Shown: positions 49,559 through 59,368 of the stretch, piece after piece
How the letters are laid out: every line of letters begins with the position of its first letter
Numbering within the stretch: the first letter of the stretch is position 1
Source: an uncultured Sphingobacteriales bacterium
Lineage (GTDB): Bacteria > Bacteroidota > Bacteroidia > CAILMK01 > CAYYUA01
Length of the DNA stretch: 64,000 nucleotides
Assembly (NCBI GenBank): GCA_964549595.1
Contig: CAZJWK010000003.1
Coordinates: forward strand, 3,242-67,241
Direction of reading: 5' to 3'
Translations under genes and position numbers: made by a program
Notes under the pieces: generated by a model
Database searches by the model: none
The model's input: only the letters and a program-made list of their open reading frames with translations
Told to the model about the DNA's origin: nothing

Positions 49559-52108
49559 TCATTGTAGAATGATTCGCTCCAAAAAAGCATTTTCGGGAGC
49601 CTTAACCTTAAGGAAATAAGTACCACTCGGTAAGGGTTCCATCTTAATCTGGGGCTGTCTGCTGTCGGTCAGTGAGAACTCCTTAATCTTATTGCCTTTC
49701 ACGTCATAAAGGGTGCCTTTAGCCTTTTTATCCTGGTCTTCGAATGGAATCCGAATATTAAGCTTACCTGAAGTAGGATTCGGGAATACCTTAAATTGCT
49801 TAACTTCCGGTTTATTGGTTGTATCAGGGGGTTTTTCATCGTTACCTTTTTTATAATCCGGCAGGCTGGCTTCCCATATTCCCCGTCCGTGTGTATAAAT
49901 GAACAAATTTTTATCGGTTCTCCTAAGCCGCAAATCATAAATGGACACATTAGGAATGGATTTTTCTTTAACCCAATGCTTGCCCTGATCGTGGGTAACA
50001 TAAAGCCCGAAGTCCGTGCCTGCAATGAGAAAGGAGTCAGGTTTTTGGGGGTGAATAGCAAGGCTATTGACCGGTAAAAACGTTGGCAGATCCCCATGAA
50101 TCGATTGCCACTCGGGCTCTTCCGACATGGCCTTTGTGATTCTCCAAATGCGAGGCTCATCTTCCAGATTGCTAAAGCCGCCATAAAGGATTGAAGAATC
50201 CTCAGGATGGATTTTCAAGGCTCGCAAAAAATGACCGGTAACCTCCCTGGGCACGGAACGAGTCAAATCCACCTCATCCCCTGGTTTGCTATTAAGGGGA
50301 TCGGTCATTCGATAAAAAAGTGCGTTATTCCCGTGCATAAAAAGCACGGGGTTTTGGTCGCGAGAGATGGCTGTATTGTAAGAAGTTCCGAAAATTAACT
50401 GATCGGTTAAAGGTTTCCAGTCCTCTGCATGGTTGGTTGTAATCCAAACCTTTTCCTTGGTGGTAAAATAAAGTTGGTTCTCAGCGGCCGGATTGATTTC
50501 AAACGGGTTAATAAACCAAACCTGGTCATCTATTCGCCCGTCAGAATTGCGATCCATATCCCGGTAAGCCCTCCGGAAATAAGGATTGCGGTCAGTCATG
50601 TTGGTTGTTTTGAAAATTACGCCGTTCTGTTGTGAAGCATAACCAGTGTCCGGATGGGATTGGTTTACCACGCAATATGCCCCATCACCCCCAAGATAAC
50701 TTCTGAACTTTCTATTGGCAGTATTCTCCCAATCAAAACCCTGAGTCCCATTATCCTGGGTTCCTCCTATGACTTTATTGGTATCCGGGAAATAATGGCC
50801 AGTGTAGAATTGACTTACCCTGTAACCTTCATTGAGGTTTATTGGGTTTTCGTTGTTTAGGTTAGCCCATTTATAACCGTAAATCCCACCATCGTTGCCC
50901 ATTAAAAAACGATCCGGGTTATTCGGAAAATGGGTTATTTTATGAATGTCTACATGAGATTCGGCCACTTTTTTCCAGGAATTTCCGCCATCTTTAGAAA
51001 AAACAGCATCCACACATCCCGTTATGACATAATCCGGGTTATCAGGCTTTACTTCCAGGGCTAATGCATAATTGGATTGAAAGAACTCATAGTCAGGGTT
51101 ATCATCAGGATTTCTTACTTGTTGCCAATTTTTACCCTTATCCGTACTTTTCCAAAGGCCTTTTAAACCATTCCCCCTTGCGTTTTTTGAAAAAACAGCA
51201 TACATCACTTCAGGATTTTGCTGGCAATAAGCCATTTCTACCCTCGCAAAACTTCCGTTTGGAAAGGCATTGTTTACTTTCCTGTAAGGGGGCTTGCCAT
51301 TTTCGGATTTAAAAATACCCCTGCCATAAACAGTAATAAAGACGGTAGAATCGGGTAATACTTCTACATCTGTTACGGCATTCACTCCATCAAAAACTTC
51401 AACCAATTGCTTCCCGCTGTCACTAAACCGGAAAAAACCGCCGTTTTCAGTGGCCGCATAAAAAACACCGGCTTGGTTTGGGGCAGTTTTAATGTTCCAT
51501 ACGGATTGGAATGAGTCATTCAGGGTATTGGGCAAAGGTTGAAAGGAATTACCGCCATCCAGGGAGCGGAAAATTCCTTCTCCCGGCACTTCTGACGAGC
51601 TTCCGATGGCCTCACCGGTACCATAGTAAACAACATTGGAATTTTGATGACTTTGGGCAAGGGTCATAACACTTAAATTAGAAGCCAGATCATTCTGGGG
51701 CTTCCAGGTCTTTCCCCCGTCCCGAGATTGCCACAAACCACCGGAAACGCTACCAGCAAAAATGTGCTTGGGGTCATCATGATCGATCAAAATGGCCCTT
51801 GTCCTTCCACCAAGGGAAAAGGGACCCAATTCCCTGATACCACCCAAATGGGTTGAATCGGTTCGCTTTTGAGTAATCTGTTCTTCATAATGCCAGCGAT
51901 TGAGAAGCCCCGAAGGAATTTTGCCTTCATCATTGCTTTTCATGGCCATGTACTGATCATGCCAGCCAGGATTATGCCTCGGATGGTCAACTTGCTTTTC
52001 AGGTTTTTTAGCATTTTTAAAAAAATGATCTGCTGTCAACCAGGCTCCCAAAACAAATAATGAAGCCATCAGGGTCAGGAGATTGTTTATTCTAAGCATG
52101 AAATACAA
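49559..52108 (-). CDS. Secreted BNR/Asp-box, sortilin(VPS10)-like repeat protein with T9SS C-terminal sorting domain
   Basis: 849 aa; multiple S-x-D-x-G-x-T-W-like repeats (SRDGGKTW, SLDGGNSF, STDKGKNW, SKDGGNSW, THDQGKHW); C-terminal ~80 aa T9SS CTD (KVFPNPTSGKLNI...). Confidence 0.75.
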   Translation of the reverse strand: MYFMLRINNLLTLMASLFVLGAWLTADHFFKNAKKPEKQVDHPRHNPGWHDQYMAMKSNDEGKIPSGLLNRWHYEEQITQKRTDSTHLGGIRELGPFSLGGRTRAILIDHDDPKHIFAGSVSGGLWQSRDGGKTWKPQNDLASNLSVMTLAQSHQNSNVVYYGTGEAIGSSSEVPGEGIFRSLDGGNSFQPLPNTLNDSFQSVWNIKTAPNQAGVFYAATENGGFFRFSDSGKQLVEVFDGVNAVTDVEVLPDSTVFITVYGRGIFKSENGKPPYRKVNNAFPNGSFARVEMAYCQQNPEVMYAVFSKNARGNGLKGLWKSTDKGKNWQQVRNPDDNPDYEFFQSNYALALEVKPDNPDYVITGCVDAVFSKDGGNSWKKVAESHVDIHKITHFPNNPDRFLMGNDGGIYGYKWANLNNENPINLNEGYRVSQFYTGHYFPDTNKVIGGTQDNGTQGFDWENTANRKFRSYLGGDGAYCVVNQSHPDTGYASQQNGVIFKTTNMTDRNPYFRRAYRDMDRNSDGRIDDQVWFINPFEINPAAENQLYFTTKEKVWITTNHAEDWKPLTDQLIFGTSYNTAISRDQNPVLFMHGNNALFYRMTDPLNSKPGDEVDLTRSVPREVTGHFLRALKIHPEDSSILYGGFSNLEDEPRIWRITKAMSEEPEWQSIHGDLPTFLPVNSLAIHPQKPDSFLIAGTDFGLYVTHDQGKHWVKEKSIPNVSIYDLRLRRTDKNLFIYTHGRGIWEASLPDYKKGNDEKPPDTTNKPEVKQFKVFPNPTSGKLNIRIPFEDQDKKAKGTLYDVKGNKIKEFSLTDSRQPQIKMEPLPSGTYFLKVKAPENAFLERIILQ

Positions 52109-52144
52109 ATTGCTGTAAGGAATGTTAGCAAATGTTTGCTCTTA

Positions 52145-52315
52145 TCAGCGCATGTCTTTTTCGAACAATTTTTGATCGGCTTCACCACCTTTTCCGCCAG
52201 GACCTTTTTTCCCGCCATTGGTGTCAGCGGTAGGGCAGCCCCTTTGACTGCACGCCCCTAAAAACATGGCTGAGGCTAATAAAAAGCAACTGGTAAGCCT
52301 AAGAATTTTTCGCAT
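52145..52315 (-). CDS. Small Gly/Lys-rich lipoprotein (56 aa), below the ORF-track size cutoff
   Basis: Hand-translated: MRKILRLTSCFLLASAMFLGACSQRGCPTADTNGGKKGPGGKGGEADQKLFEKDMR; signal plus lipobox-like LGAC. Confidence 0.4.
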   Translation of the reverse strand: MRKILRLTSCFLLASAMFLGACSQRGCPTADTNGGKKGPGGKGGEADQKLFEKDMR

Positions 52316-52445
52316 AAAGCCGGAATATTTACCTATTAAATACAGAATAAAATTATAAAAAATTCCTTGGTTGTTTTAACTTTTTCTGACGGCACTTTTT
52401 ACAGATTATCACCTTAATGTGGCAAAACAGACCTTTCCGGTTAAT

Positions 52446-53168
52446 CTAAAACAAGGTTAAACTACTGACTAAAAATCCCAGCACAAGAGCCATTGCCTGG
52501 TAAAGGGGAAATTGGTGCTTATCCTGAGCTTCCTGCAAAATCGTGGTGCTGATATGCAGGAATGCCCCTACCACAATTCCCAGAATGACCTCCGAAAAAT
52601 AGCTTTGTTGCAGGATCGAATTCACCAGGAATAATTCACTTACCAAAGCCCCTAAAGGGGTCATTAAAGCAAAGAAGGTTAAAATCAAAAAGGCTTTTGT
52701 TTTTTGAAAACCATAATTCATAATGACCGTAAAAAGTACAAAGGCCGCCGGAATTTTGTGAAGCAGCACGCCAAAATACAAGGCGGAGTTTATACCGGGA
52801 TTCAAATCAAAAGCATGGGAAAGCGGCATTCCTTCCATAAAAGCATGAATGACAAGGCCTATCGTAATACTCCAGGGGAACAGATGACTTGTGCTTGCTA
52901 AATGCATATGCCCATGTTCCAAACCCTTTGATAAACTTTCCAGGCCAATCTGGATCAAAAAACCGGCAACCACATACAAGCCCGGTTGTTGAGCAGTTGA
53001 AAATAAATGGGGAAAAAGCTTCAGAAGGGTTATGCCCAGTAAAAAAGCCCCGCTGAAAGTGAGGAAAAAATTGATAAACCGGTGCAGCGGTTTGCGAATG
53101 ATGAAGAATAAAAGGCTTCCCGCAAGGGTGAGCCCAAACAGCAAAAGAAGGCTTAAGAAAAATTCCAT
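52446..53168 (-). CDS. ZIP family metal (zinc) transporter
   Basis: 240 aa; 8 TM helices, His-rich HGHMH, ZIP signature HAFMEG. Confidence 0.75.
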   Translation of the reverse strand: MEFFLSLLLLFGLTLAGSLLFFIIRKPLHRFINFFLTFSGAFLLGITLLKLFPHLFSTAQQPGLYVVAGFLIQIGLESLSKGLEHGHMHLASTSHLFPWSITIGLVIHAFMEGMPLSHAFDLNPGINSALYFGVLLHKIPAAFVLFTVIMNYGFQKTKAFLILTFFALMTPLGALVSELFLVNSILQQSYFSEVILGIVVGAFLHISTTILQEAQDKHQFPLYQAMALVLGFLVSSLTLF

Positions 53169-53210
53169 TGGGAAATCTCCTGATTCCTTTAATTAATTTG
53201 ATTACAAAAT

Positions 53211-53771
53211 TCAGGGCCTGAACCCGGTAAAAGCCAAAGCCAAAAATCCCACGATTTTCCCAATGATAATACCCAGAATAGCCCCGCCAACGATGTCAAA
53301 AGGGTAATGAACCCCGACATAGATTTGCGAATAAGAAATCACAAAGGCCCAAAGGTAAGCGACCACAGAAACCCATATGAAACGCCTGCCGAACAAGGAA
53401 GCCAGAAAGGCTGAAAAAGCAAAATGGTTAGTGGCATGAGAGGAGGTGAAACTATAACCCGGACCGCAATGAACCAACAGGTTCACTTGAATAGCGGCAT
53501 CATTGCAGGGTCTCTCCCTTTCTACCAAATGCTTGATAAGGGAACTGCTCATTTGGTCACTAATGAGAATGGTAAGCCCGATAAAAAGCGTGATAACCAA
53601 ACCCTCCATCTTGTAATTGATCCAAAGAAAAGCTAAAATGAAGACATATAGGGGGACCCAGATGTGTTTATCCCTTAAGATGGGTAGCAACCAATTGAAA
53701 AAAGCATTGGTAAACTCATCATTGATAAATTTAAATATCGCCTGGTCCCATTGGAGCACTGTTTCAAGCAT
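53211..53771 (-). CDS. PAP2-family phosphatase (membrane)
   Basis: 186 aa; KxxxxxxRP (KHLVERERP), PSGH-like (SFTSSHA), SRxxxxxHxxxD (GVHYPFD) motifs. Confidence 0.75.
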   Translation of the reverse strand: MLETVLQWDQAIFKFINDEFTNAFFNWLLPILRDKHIWVPLYVFILAFLWINYKMEGLVITLFIGLTILISDQMSSSLIKHLVERERPCNDAAIQVNLLVHCGPGYSFTSSHATNHFAFSAFLASLFGRRFIWVSVVAYLWAFVISYSQIYVGVHYPFDIVGGAILGIIIGKIVGFLALAFTGFRP

Positions 53772-54540
53772 GTCCCTGTTTTTCAGCTATGATTATTAAT
53801 CGTTCGGAATGGCCAGGATCAAAACGGTCAAGGTCATAATTCCCAAAAAGCTTTTGAATGGTAAAATTAGCTTCTTTCAGGTATTCTTCAAAATTTTCCA
53901 GCTCCAAAGCTCGGACTTTTTCCTTGAAATGATGGAATCTACCGTGATCATCAACCAAAATTCGTTTTTTCACAAAGCCGTTTTCCGGGTACCTATTGAT
54001 GTAAAAAGTTACACCATCCCGGTATTGGGTTTCAGTAGGCTTTAGGTTATTCAGGATGTAATGTACATTCATAAAATCCAGCACCAGCAAACCTCCGGGA
54101 TTTAGGCTTGAGGCCACATTGTTCAGAACCTGCTGATGGGTCTCATCTTCCTCGAAATAACCGAAGCTGGTAAAAAGGTTCAGGATCAGGTCAAATTTTC
54201 CGAGTTGAAAGGGTTTTTGCATATCGTGTTTGAAAAAGCGGAGGTTACTTCTCGCTTTATGCTTAGCGGCTTTTATCTGGGCATCAGCAATGTCAAAACC
54301 CACCACTTCGTATCCTTGATCCGCCAAATAAGCAGCATGACGACCATTTCCGCAGGCCATATCCAGAATCCTGGAATCAATGGATAACTGCAGGTATTTT
54401 AATAGATTACTAAGGAAATATTCGGCCTCACTTTCATCCCTGTCCTGGTAAAGCAAATGGTAATAAGGAGAATCGAACCATTCCTGAAACCAGGGATTGT
54501 CAATTTTGCCGGATCCTGTTAACATGCAGCAAAGGTACAA
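53764..54540 (-). CDS. Class I SAM-dependent methyltransferase
   Basis: 258 aa; motif I ILDMACGNGRHA, motif post-I VVGFD. Confidence 0.8.
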   Translation of the reverse strand: MYLCCMLTGSGKIDNPWFQEWFDSPYYHLLYQDRDESEAEYFLSNLLKYLQLSIDSRILDMACGNGRHAAYLADQGYEVVGFDIADAQIKAAKHKARSNLRFFKHDMQKPFQLGKFDLILNLFTSFGYFEEDETHQQVLNNVASSLNPGGLLVLDFMNVHYILNNLKPTETQYRDGVTFYINRYPENGFVKKRILVDDHGRFHHFKEKVRALELENFEEYLKEANFTIQKLFGNYDLDRFDPGHSERLIIIAEKQGHA

Positions 54541-54884
54541 ACACGTGTTATAACATAAAACGCTTCCGGGGAAAAGCCTTATTTTCCCTATAGCCTTGAT
54601 TTAGCACTTACTTGGTATAATGTTTATTTAACTTATTTACCGTTCCTTTTAGCTCAGTCATTGTTTTTTTGATGATTATCCCTAAACTTTTTGGAGAGCC
54701 ATCCTTAGACCAAATAAACCCAGTAATTTATGGAATGACCCTCGCTCAAAAACAAGCTTTTCATTGCTGTGAAGGGTAACAAGTAAAAAATTTGCCTGAA
54801 TTTAGCATAAATGTTGCAATTAGTTATCAGCACATTATTTTTGGTCGCTTAACAAAAACGCTTTTATACCCAAAACATCCTGTC

Positions 54885-57389
54885 ATGAAAAGTTTAAAAC
54901 TATTAATTACTCTATTGATTTTTAGCGCCCTAATTTTTCTCAATACAACCCAAGCCCAATACCATAAAGACTACAAGGCCATGAATTCGGGGGAAATACA
55001 ATCCCTCCTGCAAAAGGCGAACAACCTTGGGACAGTACTTTATTTAGCGGCACACCCGGATGACGAAAATACCAGTCTAATTGCCTACCTGGCCAATGAA
55101 AAAAATGTCCGGACAGGCTATTTATCCTTAAATCGCGGTGACGGGGGCCAAAACCTGATCGGCTCTGAAAAAGGCAAAGCCTTAGGTGTGTTAAGAACCC
55201 ATGAATTGCTTGGTGCCAGATCAGAAGATAAAGGTTTACAGTTTTTTACCAGGGCTAATGATTTTGGTTTTTCCAAAACCACGGAGGAAACCTTATCCAT
55301 GTGGGGAAAGCAAAAAGTCCTTTCCGATGTGGTATGGGTTATTCGAAAAGTAAAACCCGATGTGATTATCACGCGCTTCCCGGCTTCAGGATATGAAGGG
55401 GCCCATGGTCATCACACTGCTTCAGCGGAATTGGCCCGGAAAGCGTTTAAAGCAGCCGGTAAAAAGGATCGATTTGCCGAACAATTGGATAAGGTAAATC
55501 CCTGGCAACCCAAACGGCTATTATTCAATACATCCACTTATTTTTATCGTGGTAAAGAGGAATCGATTGACTCCAATGCCATGATAACCGTTAACATTGG
55601 TAAATTCAACCCCTTATTAGGTCATTCATACACGGAGCTGGGCGCATTAAGCAGTAGTCATCATAAAAGTCAAGGCTTTGGAGAAGCACCTGATCGCGGT
55701 GGAAAGCTTATTTTTCTGGACCATACCATGGGTGATAAAGCCAATCGGGGGATTCTTGACGGGATAAACACCAACTGGAGCCGATTGAAAAATGGCGGTA
55801 AGGTAGGCAAGCATTTGAACAAGGCGCTCAAAAATTACAAACCCTCAACTCCCGAAAAAATCATTCCCCACTTGCTAAAAGCCTTCAAGGCCTTAGACCG
55901 GTTGAAAAATGACCATTGGCGTAGCATTAAAAAACACCAAATCAAAAAGTTGATATTGGCAGCCAACGGTTGCTGGTTTGATGCCCGGGCTGAAAGGGAT
56001 TATGGAGTACCTGGAAGCCAGGTAGAAGTCGAGGCCAAATTCCTTAAAAGAAACAACTATGACTTGACGGTTGAGCAGGTTGAATTTCCTTTTGGGAAGA
56101 CCCTGAATGTTAACCAGTCAATAAAATCCCTCCAACCTTTTGAAGCCAAGCAAAAAATCACCATACCGAAACGAACCCATTTTACCCATCCCTATTGGCT
56201 ACGGAAACCCATGATTAGTGAAGGCATGTACCGGGTCGATCAACAATCCCTCATTGGGCTACCCAAGACCCCTACACCCATGAAGGTCACTTACACAATA
56301 AGTATAGAAGATGTTACCCTGGAAATTTCCAAACCCGTTCGTTATCGGTGGGAAGACAGGGTTGAAGGGGAACGTTACAAGCCTTTTGAAATAGGGCCTC
56401 CGGTCACTTTATCCCTTTCAAGCAACGTCAGGTTATTTCCCAATAAACTTCCAAGGAAGGTCTCATTGACCGTGAAAGCCCATAAAAAGCAAGTTGAAGG
56501 AGAAGTAGGCCTGAACTTACCCAAAGGATGGCAAGCAGAGCCTAAAAGCCATTCGGTTAATATAGAAGAAAAAGAAGCCGTGGAAAAACTTCGATTCAAG
56601 GTCATTCCACCCGAAAAATCTTCCGAGGGTAATTTAAAGGCTTATTTCAAAAATGAAAATGGCCGTACCGGCCGTGAAATGATCACCATTAATTACGACC
56701 ATATACCTACCCAAACCCTTTTCCCAAAAGCGAATATGAAGCTGATCCGTGAAAATATTGACAAAAAGGGGAAGGAGATTGGTTACATTATGGGAACAGG
56801 GGACGATGTGCCTAAAGCTTTGCGCCAAATGAGCTATGACATCACTATGATCAATGAAGACAATTTTGAAGCCCTTGATTTGAGTCAATTTGACGCCATT
56901 GTTATTGGCGTTAGGGCCTACAACACTCAGAAATGGCTCACCTACAAGCATGATGCTTTAATGGATTATGTTAAAAACGGGGGTAACTTGGTTACCCAAT
57001 ACAATAAAAGCCGTAACCTTTTAACAGAAGCAATAGGCCCTTATCCCTTCAAAATATCCGATAAGCGTGTGACTGTGGAAAAAGCGCCGGTAAAATTGCT
57101 CAAACCTGAGCATCCTTTGCTTAATAAACCCAATGACATTACCCAGAAAGATTTTGAAGGATGGGTTCAGGAAAGGGGCCTGTATTTTCCGGGTAAGTGG
57201 AATGAAAAATACACGCCCCTTTTAAGCAGCCGCGACCCCGGTGAGGACCCTTTAAAAGGCGGATTGCTATTTACAGAACATGGAGATGGCGCATTCATAT
57301 ACACCGGTTATGCTTTCTTCAGGCAATTACCTGCCGGCATTCCGGGAGCTTATAAACTTTTCAGCAATATGGTTTCCTATGGCCACTGA
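54885..57389 (+). CDS. PIG-L/LmbE-family deacetylase fused to a large C-terminal region (beta-rich middle; possible ThuA/class-I GATase-like C-terminal domain)
   Basis: ~835 aa from MKSLKLLITLLIFSALIFL (signal peptide); PIG-L motif LAAHPDDEN, HxxH; C-terminal DAIVIGVRAYNTQ...GGNLV motif. Confidence 0.65.
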   Translation: MKSLKLLITLLIFSALIFLNTTQAQYHKDYKAMNSGEIQSLLQKANNLGTVLYLAAHPDDENTSLIAYLANEKNVRTGYLSLNRGDGGQNLIGSEKGKALGVLRTHELLGARSEDKGLQFFTRANDFGFSKTTEETLSMWGKQKVLSDVVWVIRKVKPDVIITRFPASGYEGAHGHHTASAELARKAFKAAGKKDRFAEQLDKVNPWQPKRLLFNTSTYFYRGKEESIDSNAMITVNIGKFNPLLGHSYTELGALSSSHHKSQGFGEAPDRGGKLIFLDHTMGDKANRGILDGINTNWSRLKNGGKVGKHLNKALKNYKPSTPEKIIPHLLKAFKALDRLKNDHWRSIKKHQIKKLILAANGCWFDARAERDYGVPGSQVEVEAKFLKRNNYDLTVEQVEFPFGKTLNVNQSIKSLQPFEAKQKITIPKRTHFTHPYWLRKPMISEGMYRVDQQSLIGLPKTPTPMKVTYTISIEDVTLEISKPVRYRWEDRVEGERYKPFEIGPPVTLSLSSNVRLFPNKLPRKVSLTVKAHKKQVEGEVGLNLPKGWQAEPKSHSVNIEEKEAVEKLRFKVIPPEKSSEGNLKAYFKNENGRTGREMITINYDHIPTQTLFPKANMKLIRENIDKKGKEIGYIMGTGDDVPKALRQMSYDITMINEDNFEALDLSQFDAIVIGVRAYNTQKWLTYKHDALMDYVKNGGNLVTQYNKSRNLLTEAIGPYPFKISDKRVTVEKAPVKLLKPEHPLLNKPNDITQKDFEGWVQERGLYFPGKWNEKYTPLLSSRDPGEDPLKGGLLFTEHGDGAFIYTGYAFFRQLPAGIPGAYKLFSNMVSYGH

Positions 57390-57567
57390 GCAAGAACGAA
57401 CCGACCAGGTCAAAAAAGAATATGACGCTTACGACAGGCGATCTGTTGAAAAAGAGGTGGAAAATCCCCCCCTTTTTAAAAGCTGGAATAACCTCTATGC
57501 TTTTGTTTTAGGTTTTTTTGGCTTATTAATCCTATTGTTTTACCTGTTTACAAAATGGTTTGAATGA
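57379..57567 (+). CDS. Small membrane protein (62 aa) translationally coupled to the sodium:solute symporter
   Basis: MATEQERTDQVKKEYDAYDRRSVEKEVENPPLFKSWNNLYAFVLGFFGLLILLFYLFTKWFE; one C-terminal TM; overlaps upstream stop by 11 nt and downstream start by 4 nt (ATGA). Confidence 0.55.
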   Translation: MATEQERTDQVKKEYDAYDRRSVEKEVENPPLFKSWNNLYAFVLGFFGLLILLFYLFTKWFE

Positions 57568-59252
57568 CCACACCGGACTGGATTGTTTTATTCACCACCC
57601 TGCTTATTATTGTGACATACGGGATCTGGAAAACCCGTGGCACAAAAAATATAGAAGGCTTTCTCCTGGGGAACAAATCCATGAACTGGTGGACTATCGG
57701 GCTATCCGTTATGGCCACCCAGGCCAGTGCCATTACTTTTCTTTCTACACCCGGTCAGGGTTTTGAAGAGGGGATGGGATTTGTCCAATTTTACTTTGGT
57801 TTACCCATAGCCATGGTTATTATTTCCGTAGTGTTCATCCCACTCTATTATAAGCTCAAAGTTTATACCGCCTACGAATACCTGGAAAATCGCTTTGACC
57901 TCAAATTAAGGATCCTTACTTCCGGCCTTTTCCTTATTCAGCGTGGCTTAGCAGCAGGATTAACCATTTATGCGCCGGCCATCATCCTTTCCCACATCCT
58001 GGATATTGGCCTAACCACCACCATCCTTATCATTGGCGGTCTGGTTATTCTTTATACGGTTTCTGGCGGAACAAAGGCTGTAAGCCAAACCCATAAACAG
58101 CAAATGTTCGTGATCTTCCTGGGTATGTTCATTGCCTTCGGGGTATTGATCTATTACCTGGGAGAATACCTTTCCTTCGGAAGTACCCTGCAGGTAGCCG
58201 GGAAATTGGATAAATTAGAAGTGGTAGACCTTTCCTTCGATATGAATTCCCGCTACAACATCTGGGCCGGCATTTTAGGAGGGCTTTTTCTGCAACTTTC
58301 CTATTTTGGTACGGACCAATCACAGGTGCAAAGGTATCTATCCGGCCAAAACATTAAGCAAAGCCGGATGGGCTTAATGTTCAATGCATTGCTCAAAGTC
58401 CCTATGCAGTTTTTTATTCTGCTGGTAGGGGTTTTGGTTTTTATGTTCTACCAATTCAATCAACCCCCGGTTTATTTCAATAAGGCTTCGGTAGAAAAAG
58501 TAAAGGAATCGGAATACAAAGATGAGTTGGCTAATTTAAAATCCGCTCACCAAAAAAACTTTAAGGAAAAAAAGCAAAAGGTCCTGGACTTGGCATCATC
58601 CCTTAAAAACGGGGCAGATCAGTCTAAGGTGGTCAAACAAAAAGAAGCGGTAAAGAAACATTTGGCCAGGAATGAGGAAATAGAAAAAAAGGTTGCCGGT
58701 CTGATCAAAAAAGCCGAACCTGGCGCTAAGACTGAAAACATGGATTATGTGTTCCTGAATTGGGTGATCAATAACCTTCCTACCGGAATTGTCGGCTTAT
58801 TATTGGCTGTAATTTTTTCAGCTGCCATGTCTTCTACTGCAGCGGAACTGAATGCGCTGGCTTCCACATCTACGGTGGATATTTACAGGCGAAACCTTCA
58901 GGGGGAAAAAAGTGAACGGCATTTTTTAAGGGCCTCCCGCGTTTTTACTATTGTTTTCGGAATTTTGGCCATAACGTTCGCCCTGATGGCTTCCTTATTC
59001 GAAAACCTGATAGAGGCGATTAACATATTGGGTTCCCTGTTTTACGGAACCATTCTGGGTATTTTCCTGGCGGCCTTTTTCATCAAAAAACTCAAGGCCA
59101 ATGCTGTATTCGTAGCTGCTTTTATAGCCGAATTATTGGTCCTTGTTCTGTACTATTTCACCGATATTGGCTACCTCTGGTTTAATTTCATTGGATGTGC
59201 AACGGTTTTACTGGCAGGTTATCTAATCCAGATTACCCGAGACAATGCTTAA
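57564..59252 (+). CDS. Sodium:solute symporter (SSS family) with a ~90-aa charged coiled-coil insertion
   Basis: 562 aa; SSS-type TM topology; hydrophilic insert KESEYKDELANLKSAHQKNFKEKKQKVLDL...KKVAGLIKKAEPG between TM helices. Confidence 0.75.
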   Translation: MTTPDWIVLFTTLLIIVTYGIWKTRGTKNIEGFLLGNKSMNWWTIGLSVMATQASAITFLSTPGQGFEEGMGFVQFYFGLPIAMVIISVVFIPLYYKLKVYTAYEYLENRFDLKLRILTSGLFLIQRGLAAGLTIYAPAIILSHILDIGLTTTILIIGGLVILYTVSGGTKAVSQTHKQQMFVIFLGMFIAFGVLIYYLGEYLSFGSTLQVAGKLDKLEVVDLSFDMNSRYNIWAGILGGLFLQLSYFGTDQSQVQRYLSGQNIKQSRMGLMFNALLKVPMQFFILLVGVLVFMFYQFNQPPVYFNKASVEKVKESEYKDELANLKSAHQKNFKEKKQKVLDLASSLKNGADQSKVVKQKEAVKKHLARNEEIEKKVAGLIKKAEPGAKTENMDYVFLNWVINNLPTGIVGLLLAVIFSAAMSSTAAELNALASTSTVDIYRRNLQGEKSERHFLRASRVFTIVFGILAITFALMASLFENLIEAINILGSLFYGTILGIFLAAFFIKKLKANAVFVAAFIAELLVLVLYYFTDIGYLWFNFIGCATVLLAGYLIQITRDNA

Positions 59253-59368
59253 AGAAAGGCTTAGATTGAACCCATTTTACCAAAAAAGGTAAACCGCTGA
59301 TCATCTCTAATTATCGTTTGAGGGCCTGAATCGAGCTATTTTTTTGGAAAGACCCGGGAAAACAGGTA

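Noticed and set aside
54640-54670. TAGCTCAGT string reminiscent of a tRNA D-arm
   Set aside because: No acceptor stem, anticodon arm or T-arm (GTTCGAATC-like) can be assembled around it; not a tRNA.
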